Source of the DNA: Fusobacteriaceae bacterium
GTDB taxonomy: Bacteria; Fusobacteriota; Fusobacteriia; Fusobacteriales; Fusobacteriaceae
DNA length: 64,000 bases
NCBI GenBank assembly: GCA_051652785.1
Contig: JBOFUX010000041.1
Coordinates: 8,471 to 72,470 of the forward strand
Direction of reading: 5' to 3'
A model generated the notes under the pieces. The model made no database searches, had not been told where the DNA came from, and saw only the letters and a list, made by a program, of their open reading frames with translations. The number at the start of each line of letters is the position of its first letter. The stretch's first letter is position 1. The translations under genes were made by a program, and so were the position numbers. Shown here one piece after another: positions 57,704 through 64,000 of the stretch.

Positions 57704-59611
57704 GTGAGAAATTTAATAATAGGGACAGCTGGACATATTGATCACGGAAAAACAACACTGATAAAAAATTTAACAGGATTTGATACAGATACCTTACCAG
57801 AAGAATCCAAAAGAGGAATGACAATAAATTTAGGCTTTGCATACTATACTCTTCCGTCAAAAAAAAAAGTAGGAATAATAGATGTTCCAGGTCATGAAAA
57901 ATTTATAAAAAATATGGTTGCTGGAGCTTCAGGAATAGATTTTATTATGCTAGTTATCGCTTGTGATGATGGGATTATGCCACAAACGATAGAGCATTCC
58001 AACATTTGTAAAATTTTAGGTGTTCAAAAGGGATTAATCGTTTTAACTAAAAGAGATTTAGCTTCAGATGAAAAAGTTCTTCAAATAAAAAAAGAGATAA
58101 AAGAAATATTTCAAGATTCTTTTTTAAAAAATTTACCTATTGTAGAAGTAAGCTCAAAATCATTGAAATCATATGAAAATTTAAAAACTATTTTAAATCA
58201 AGAATTAGAAAAAATAAATTTAGAAAACAAAAATGAAAATGACTTTAGAATGGCAGTAGATAGAGTTTTTACTGTTAAAGGTTTTGGAACAGTGGTAACG
58301 GGAACAACAATCTCAGGAATTATAAATGAAGGAGACATTATTACTTTGTATCCAAATAAGACTACTCATAAAGTGAAAGGTATTCAAAATCATGGAATTA
58401 AAATTATTTCACTTGATGTTGGAAATAGGTGTGCACTAAATTTAAGTAATTTAGATGTTCAAGAAGTCAAAAGAGGAGATATTATATCTAAAAATAAAAA
58501 TCTAGATATTTCTAATCGTATAGATTGTATTTTTACTTTATTAAACAAAAAAAATAAAGTAAAAAATAATAGTAGAATTCGCCTACACATTGGAACGACA
58601 GAGGTTATTGGAAGAATAAAACTATTAATGGAAGATGAAATAGTAACTTCTAAACCCACTTATGTTCAACTTGAACTAGAGAATAATATTGTCGCAGTGT
58701 GTGGGAGTATAGGAGTAATTAGAAATTATTCTCCTCTTGATACAATAGGTGGAATAAAAATTCTTAATCCTCGTGGAAGTAAAACTAAAAAAAGAAATTT
58801 AGAATATATAAATAGATTAAAGACATTAGCTTATGGAAACAAGGATTCAAAAATAATTTCATTATTAAATTCTAAGAATTTTTTATTTTTGACTTTACAA
58901 GAGATTATAAAAGAAATTGGTGAAAATATAAAAGAAGATGAAATTCAAAATTTAGTTATAAATAAAGAACTAATTGCTATTGAAAGCTCAGATTTAATAA
59001 AATATCTTTCTGCTACAGAATTTAAACGAATTTCAGAACTAGTAAAAAAATTATTAGAAGAATTTCATGAAAAAAATAAAATGAAGAAAGGTATTCAACG
59101 TTCAGAATTAAAAAATAAACTTTTTAACTCCCTTTCTACAAAGGAATTTAATTCCATTATAAGTAATTTACAAAATGAACTATTGGATATTGAAAATGAG
59201 AATATTTTTATTAAAAACTATAAAATAAAGCTATCTAAAGATGAAAAAAAATTAAAAGATGAAATACTTACACTTTATAAAAAATATGAATTCTCACCTG
59301 AAAATATTGATAAAATATTAGAAAAAATAGAAAAAAATAAAAAAATTGAATTTATAAAATTACATGAATTTTTAATAGATAGCGGATTTTTAATTTCTTT
59401 AGATCAAAATATATTTATAATGAGAGGATTTTTTATCGAATCAGAAAACCGTCTAAAAGATTTTCTTTTTTTAAATCAGAAAATAACTCTTAAAGAGTAC
59501 AAAGAACTGTTAAATATCAGCAGAAAAGAGGCTCTTGTTATTTTAGAAAAATTTGATGCTTTAGGTATTACAAAAAGAATAGAAAATTATAGGGTTTTAA
59601 AAAAATTTTAA
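57704..59611 (+). CDS. selB: Selenocysteine-specific elongation factor
   Basis: 635 aa with GTAGHIDHGKTTL, DVPGHEKF and TKRD, plus a long C-terminal winged-helix extension. GTG start with GAGG upstream. Confidence 0.9.
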   Translation: MRNLIIGTAGHIDHGKTTLIKNLTGFDTDTLPEESKRGMTINLGFAYYTLPSKKKVGIIDVPGHEKFIKNMVAGASGIDFIMLVIACDDGIMPQTIEHSNICKILGVQKGLIVLTKRDLASDEKVLQIKKEIKEIFQDSFLKNLPIVEVSSKSLKSYENLKTILNQELEKINLENKNENDFRMAVDRVFTVKGFGTVVTGTTISGIINEGDIITLYPNKTTHKVKGIQNHGIKIISLDVGNRCALNLSNLDVQEVKRGDIISKNKNLDISNRIDCIFTLLNKKNKVKNNSRIRLHIGTTEVIGRIKLLMEDEIVTSKPTYVQLELENNIVAVCGSIGVIRNYSPLDTIGGIKILNPRGSKTKKRNLEYINRLKTLAYGNKDSKIISLLNSKNFLFLTLQEIIKEIGENIKEDEIQNLVINKELIAIESSDLIKYLSATEFKRISELVKKLLEEFHEKNKMKKGIQRSELKNKLFNSLSTKEFNSIISNLQNELLDIENENIFIKNYKIKLSKDEKKLKDEILTLYKKYEFSPENIDKILEKIEKNKKIEFIKLHEFLIDSGFLISLDQNIFIMRGFFIESENRLKDFLFLNQKITLKEYKELLNISRKEALVILEKFDALGITKRIENYRVLKKF

Positions 59612-59624
59612 TTTAGGAGGAAAA

Positions 59625-60221
59625 ATGGCTGAAACATTAAAAAAAATAGATGCTACAGGAAAAGTTTGTCCACTACCAGTAATTATGACTAAAAATGCTT
59701 TAAAAGATATAACAGAAGGATTTTTAGAAGTAACAGTAGATAATTTCACAGCTTCACAAAATATTGAAAAGTTATGTAAAGAAATAAAAGTGATTTCTAC
59801 TTTAGAAAAAAAAGATGACCTTTACATTATTCAAATTGAAAAGAAAATTTTATTAAATGAAATTGAAGAAAAAAAAGAAGATAGAAATAATGTAGTTGTA
59901 GTAATTGATTCAACAGAAATGGGAAAAGGTAAAGAAGAGCTAGGAAAAATATTAATGAAGGGATTTATTTATACTTTAACAGAATTAGAAACTCTTCCTA
60001 CAAGTGTTATATTATATAATTCTGGAGTTTTACTTGGTGTTCAAGGTTCTGACTCAGAAGAAGATTTAAAAAAACTAGAAGAACTAGGAGTTTCAATTCT
60101 TTTATGTGGAGCATGTACTAATTTTTATAATGTTACAGAAAAAATAAAAATAGGAACAATAACTAATATGTATAATATTCTTAATATTCAAATAAAAGGA
60201 GATAAAATAATAAAACCATGA
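59625..60221 (+). CDS. yedF: YedF-type selenium-metabolism protein (TusA/SirA-like N-domain plus DsrE-like C-domain)
   Basis: 198 aa with the TusA-type motif GKVCPLPVIMTKNAL and a C-terminal LLCGACTNF. Located within the sel locus. Confidence 0.75.
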   Translation: MAETLKKIDATGKVCPLPVIMTKNALKDITEGFLEVTVDNFTASQNIEKLCKEIKVISTLEKKDDLYIIQIEKKILLNEIEEKKEDRNNVVVVIDSTEMGKGKEELGKILMKGFIYTLTELETLPTSVILYNSGVLLGVQGSDSEEDLKKLEELGVSILLCGACTNFYNVTEKIKIGTITNMYNILNIQIKGDKIIKP

Positions 60222-60487
60222 TAAGAGAAGAAAAATTTTTAATCTTAGTTGCAGATTCTACACATTTAATAATAAAAACAGAAATACTTTTAAAAAATAA
60301 TAGTATAAAATGTAGAGTAATACCTCTTCCTGCTGAGCTAAAAGCAAGTTGTGGTCTTTCAGTAAAGTGTGAAGTTGAAAATTTAAAAGAAATAAAAAAA
60401 ATATTAAATGAAAATAAAATAGAAGCGGAATTAGAATTTTATAAAGTTTATAAAATTGGATTAAAAAAATCCTTTGAAAAGATTTAA
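60218..60487 (+). CDS. Small DUF3343-like putative S/Se carrier protein
   Basis: 89 aa with a 4-nt overlap with yedF. The pattern (FLILVADSTHLIIKTEILLKNNSIKCRVIPLPAELKASCGLSV) is typical of DUF3343 proteins found beside yedF. Confidence 0.6.
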   Translation: MIREEKFLILVADSTHLIIKTEILLKNNSIKCRVIPLPAELKASCGLSVKCEVENLKEIKKILNENKIEAELEFYKVYKIGLKKSFEKI

Positions 60488-60556
60488 GAGATGCTCTATT
60501 TGTTATTTTAACCGTTGACACTTGCTATAAATTATGGTAACATTACTTAGTCACAT

Positions 60557-60650
60557 GGAAGCGGATGGGTAACTGGTGTTCCCTCCAGTCTTCAAAACTG
60601 CGTTAGCGACTCTGGTCGTTGGTAGGTTCGATTCCTACACGCTTCCGCCA
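60557..60650 (+). tRNA. selC: tRNA-Sec (anticodon UCA) with encoded CCA
   Basis: GGAAGCGG…CUUCAAA (anticodon loop with UCA)… a long variable arm GCGUUAGCGACUCUGGUCGUUGG … GGUUCGAUUCC T-arm … CGCUUCC-G-CCA. Length 94 nt. Confidence 0.9.
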
Positions 60651-60679
60651 ATATTACAATAAAAAATAATTAATTTTTA

Positions 60680-60708
60680 ATACCGCAAAATTTATATGCG
60701 GTATTTTT
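60680..60708 (+). terminator. Intrinsic terminator after selC
   Basis: ATACCGCA (60680-60687) pairs with TGCGGTAT (60697-60704), followed by TTTT. Confidence 0.65.
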
Positions 60709-60717
60709 ATTATCTTT

Positions 60718-61533
60718 CTATTTATAATAAGATGTAGTATATCTAAATTTTAAATAGAGTATTAAAATTATAAAAAACAAAAAAATGAAATCTTGTTTTC
60801 TAAAAGAATATTCATTGAATCTTGTTTTCTTATTAGGAAGACTATACCCTTTTATCTCCATAGCATTTGCCAATTCTTCTGCTCTTATTAAAGCCGAAGA
60901 AATTAAAGGAACAAGCATATTTCCATAAAACTTAATTCTTTCAATAAAAGTTAGTTCCTTTATATCCCATCCTTTAGAGGCCTGGGCATTTTTTATTCTC
61001 TCTGCTTCTTCAAAAAAAAGAGGGATAAATCTTAACGATATTGAGAGAATTAACGCTACCTCATTTACAGGAAATTTTAATTTTTTTAAGGGTAAAAAAA
61101 TATCTTCTAATCCATGAGTTAATTCTATCGGTGGAGTGGTTAATGTTAAAATAAAAGCTACCCCTATTAAAATAAAAAATCTTAATAAAATTAATAAAGC
61201 ATTCCTTAAACTTCCTTCATAAATAGTGAATATTTTCCATTGAAATAAAATATCTCCTGTTTTTGTAAAAATAAATTGAAAAATTAAGGTCCAAATAAAA
61301 ATAAAAAAAATAGGTTTTATTCCAAATAAAAAATCTTTTAAGCCAATACCAGAAAAAATTATTGCTCCTAGTAAAATCCCCGTCATAATATAGAAAAAAA
61401 ATATATCCGAGCTAAGAATAGAGCAAATTGATAAAATTAATGCAGCTACAATTTTTGTCACAGGATTTAACCTGTGAAAAAAAGTTTTTCCCTCTTTATA
61501 TTTACCAATAATTAAGTTATTTTTCATTTTCAT
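60718..61533 (-). CDS. ecfT: ECF transporter transmembrane component
   Basis: 271 aa and polytopic, with the conserved ARG-type coupling-helix region (…ISLRFIPLFFEEAERIKNAQASKG…). Follows ecfA1A2. Confidence 0.85.
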   Translation of the reverse strand: MKMKNNLIIGKYKEGKTFFHRLNPVTKIVAALILSICSILSSDIFFFYIMTGILLGAIIFSGIGLKDFLFGIKPIFFIFIWTLIFQFIFTKTGDILFQWKIFTIYEGSLRNALLILLRFFILIGVAFILTLTTPPIELTHGLEDIFLPLKKLKFPVNEVALILSISLRFIPLFFEEAERIKNAQASKGWDIKELTFIERIKFYGNMLVPLISSALIRAEELANAMEIKGYSLPNKKTRFNEYSFRKQDFIFLFFIILILYLKFRYTTSYYK

Positions 61534-62377
61534 CTCTCCTTCTAAATTCTCTTAAAAGAAAGTTAAAAGAATCAACTTTAGAATTGAGATTATTTTTTTT
61601 ATGTATATTAAAATTATTTTTTTCTAAAATTTCAATATAATTAGGAATAAACTTCATTTTTTTATCTATACTTTTAGAGAAATTCAAAAATTCAAATTTA
61701 TTTCCATCAAAATTAATTTCACCATTTTTCATAAATACAATTCTATTTATATATTCCCAAATATAATTTAAATCATGAGAGACTATTATTACAGTTGTTC
61801 CTAATTCATTTAATGTTTTAAGACTTTTCAATAGACTTTCTTTATTCTGATAATCCAGTCCAACTGTCGGCTCATCTAAAACTAAAATAGCCGGTGAATA
61901 AATTGCCATACCAGCTATAGAGATTCTTTTTTTCTCGCCTCCACTTAACTCAAAAGAATTTTTTTTTAACATATCATCACTAATATTAAATATTTTTTGT
62001 ATTTTTTTTAATAGTTTTTCTTGCTCTAAAATAGAAATCTTAAATTTTGAAGGAGCAAATAACAATTCTTCTTTAATTGTTTCTGAAAAAAATTGGTCCT
62101 CAGGAAATTGAAAAACAACACCAATTTTACGTCTTAAAGAGTTTAAATCTTTACTTCTAGAGTCAATTGATATATCTAAAACATTTACCTTTCCAATATT
62201 TGATTTTAAAATTCCATTTAAATGCTTCAAAAGAGTGGATTTTCCGCTTCCTGATTTTCCTATTATTGCTAAAAATTCACCTTTTTTTACCTCTAAATTT
62301 ATATTTTTTAAAATGAATTCATTTTCTGAATTTCCATATGAAAAAAATAATTTTTCTATATTAATTTGTGTAACCAT
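61517..62377 (-). CDS. ecfA2: ECF transporter ATPase
   Basis: 286 aa with GKSGSGKST, LSGGEKKR and LVLDEPT. Confidence 0.85.
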   Translation of the reverse strand: MVTQINIEKLFFSYGNSENEFILKNINLEVKKGEFLAIIGKSGSGKSTLLKHLNGILKSNIGKVNVLDISIDSRSKDLNSLRRKIGVVFQFPEDQFFSETIKEELLFAPSKFKISILEQEKLLKKIQKIFNISDDMLKKNSFELSGGEKKRISIAGMAIYSPAILVLDEPTVGLDYQNKESLLKSLKTLNELGTTVIIVSHDLNYIWEYINRIVFMKNGEINFDGNKFEFLNFSKSIDKKMKFIPNYIEILEKNNFNIHKKNNLNSKVDSFNFLLREFRRRDENEK

Positions 62378-63150
62378 TTTTTCACCTCAGCAGCATCTTC
62401 ACCCTTATTTTTAAAAAAAATTTCAATTTCATATATCAAGGGATAATTCAATGAATAGTTTTCCATTATTTGTGAATTTTTAAAAAATTCTTTAGAAGGA
62501 AGAACAGTAACAAGTTTTCCTGAATCTAAAAGTGCTATTCTATTAGCTAAAATTAATTCTTCTGGGTCATGTGTTATCAAGATAATTGTATGATTTTTTT
62601 TTATTTCTTCAATTATTTTTAGTAATACTTTTTTAGAACTTAAATCCAGCATAGATGTTATTTCATCAAAAATTATAACAGGTGGATTGAAAACTAGTAT
62701 CCCTGCAATAGCAACTATTTGTTTTTGACCTCCAGAAAGTTCATTTGGATTTTTAAAGAGAAGTTCTTCTATCTTTAACTGTCGAGCTATGTCAAAAATT
62801 TTTTCTCTCATTTTTTCTCGTGATATTCCTCTATTTTCAAGAGAAAAAGCTAAATCATCAATAACTTTATTCCCAATAATTTGATTATTTGGGTTTTGAA
62901 AAACTAATGATATATCCCCTCTAATTAAAGATATATTTTTATAATTATATTTTTTTCCAAAAATGTAAATATCCCCTGATATAGGCCTGACTAAACCTAC
63001 TAAAAGTTTTCCTAATGTAGATTTTCCACTACCATTTTTTCCTGCAAGAGCTATAATTTCACCCTTACAAATATTTAAACTAATATCAGATAATATATTT
63101 TCATTTTTATATTTAAAATTTAAATTTTTTATTTCAATAATATTTTCCAT
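62356..63150 (-). CDS. ecfA1: ECF transporter ATPase
   Basis: 264 aa with GKNGSGKST, LSGGQKQ and IIFDEIT. Confidence 0.85.
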   Translation of the reverse strand: MENIIEIKNLNFKYKNENILSDISLNICKGEIIALAGKNGSGKSTLGKLLVGLVRPISGDIYIFGKKYNYKNISLIRGDISLVFQNPNNQIIGNKVIDDLAFSLENRGISREKMREKIFDIARQLKIEELLFKNPNELSGGQKQIVAIAGILVFNPPVIIFDEITSMLDLSSKKVLLKIIEEIKKNHTIILITHDPEELILANRIALLDSGKLVTVLPSKEFFKNSQIMENYSLNYPLIYEIEIFFKNKGEDAAEVKKWLHKLI

Positions 63151-63169
63151 GTTTTCTCCAAATATTTAT

Positions 63170-63730
63170 TTAATTTACTCTATATTTATTTGATAATTTT
63201 CTATGAACTATTAAAAAAATAGCACTTTGAATAATTCCTTTAAAAATATTAAAAAAACCATAATAATAACAGACATATCCCAAAAAAGAATCATCTTTTT
63301 TATTTATAAGTTCCAGTAAAAAATCCATTTTATAAAGTTTTGCATAAAATGGAGTGATATAAAAATAATTAGCTATAATCATAAAAAAAGTCATGGAAAA
63401 AATCCCTAAAAAAAGAGCTATTCCTATTTTTTTTGTTTTTTCATAAAATATTATAGTTGGTAAAATAAATGTCAATGCTCCTAAAAAATTTGCAACTTGT
63501 CCAACACCACCAGTTTGACTTCCTTTTAATAAAACATAAAGTAATATTTTAACAAAAGCAAGAGCTATTCCCATAAGTGGTCCTCCTAATAAACCCCCAA
63601 AGAGAACTACAACATCTGAAAGATCAAATTTTAGCCAAGGTGCTAAGGGAAAAGGAATTTCAAATATCATTACTATAAAAGACAGTGCTCCTAAAACACC
63701 TATCAATGCGATATTTTTAGTTTTTTGCAT
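63170..63730 (-). CDS. ribU: ECF S-component, riboflavin-specific by riboswitch context
   Basis: About 186 aa with 5-6 TM segments. It lies directly downstream of the FMN riboswitch. I prefer the ATG at 63730 (GGAGGA 7 nt upstream). Confidence 0.7.
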   Translation of the reverse strand: MQKTKNIALIGVLGALSFIVMIFEIPFPLAPWLKFDLSDVVVLFGGLLGGPLMGIALAFVKILLYVLLKGSQTGGVGQVANFLGALTFILPTIIFYEKTKKIGIALFLGIFSMTFFMIIANYFYITPFYAKLYKMDFLLELINKKDDSFLGYVCYYYGFFNIFKGIIQSAIFLIVHRKLSNKYRVN

Positions 63731-63783
63731 AAAAGAATCCTCCATAAAAATTTATTTAACAGTTATTTAAAAATAATATTATT

Positions 63784-63809
63784 AAAAAAACTCGAATATA
63801 ATTCGAGTT
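63784..63809 (-). terminator. FMN riboswitch expression-platform terminator
   Basis: Minus strand has an AACTCGAAT…ATTCGAG hairpin (63791-63797 / 63801-63807) followed by T7. Confidence 0.65.
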
Positions 63810-63845
63810 AAATTGATCCATAAAAAAATAGAAATATTTTTTTTA

Positions 63846-63961
63846 CTTCTCTCATCCAGACTATTACTGTCGGTTTTGGAATTTCACCAAATCAAGCCTA
63901 AGCTTCGCGGACTATCACCGCCGGTTGGGAATTGTAATTTTCTCACTCACCCACCCCGAAG
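63846..63961 (-). ncRNA. FMN riboswitch (RFN element)
   Basis: Minus strand reads CTTCGGGGTGGGTGAG…TTCCCAACCGGCGGTGATAGTCCGCGAAGC…TTGATTTGGTGAAATTCCAAAACCGACAGTAATAGTCTGGATGAGAGAAG. This matches the conserved RFN blocks. Confidence 0.85.
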
Positions 63962-64000
63962 TATATATTGTTATATTAAATAATATGATAAAAAAAAATA

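Noticed and set aside
1-64000. CRISPR arrays, IS elements or transposases, integrases, prophage or toxin-antitoxin/defence islands, rRNA genes
   Set aside because: I scanned the intergenic regions and the ORF list. There are no regularly spaced direct repeats, no transposase, integrase or phage-like ORFs, and no rRNA-like sequence. The only tRNA found is tRNA-Sec.

Overview
A very AT-rich, Fusobacteriaceae-like chromosomal segment (a diderm TonB-dependent receptor and MinCDE sit alongside Firmicute-like PTS, RapZ, RqcH and ECF genes). It is densely packed and mostly minus-strand. Most of it is ordinary housekeeping: kdgK-eda with an IclR regulator, hflX, cvfB, three ABC systems, a PTS-malQ-trmB-glgP maltodextrin cluster, a TPP-riboswitch thiBP operon, minCDE, uvrC, rapZ, argS, aspS, hisS, rarA, secG, ruvA, uvrA, argG, rqcH, rpe and rsgA. 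There is also a complete selenocysteine locus (selD with an in-frame UGA, selA, selB, yedF, DUF3343, tRNA-Sec) and an FMN-riboswitch ribU-ecfA1A2T operon. I saw no CRISPR array, IS element, prophage or obvious defence island. The best candidate for something undescribed is a discrete structured RNA of about 215 nt. It has its own near-consensus promoter and an intrinsic terminator, lies directly upstream of argS, and matches no riboswitch or T-box pattern I recognise. The second is a RadC/JAB-like domain with an intact H-x-H-x7-S-x2-D motif fused to the N-terminus of HflX. Smaller oddities are a kinase-less PASTA protein in the conserved prkC position, transporters missing expected subunits, and an alpha/beta-hydrolase with Gly at the nucleophile position. 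All calls come from reading the sequence and the supplied translations; no searches were run.
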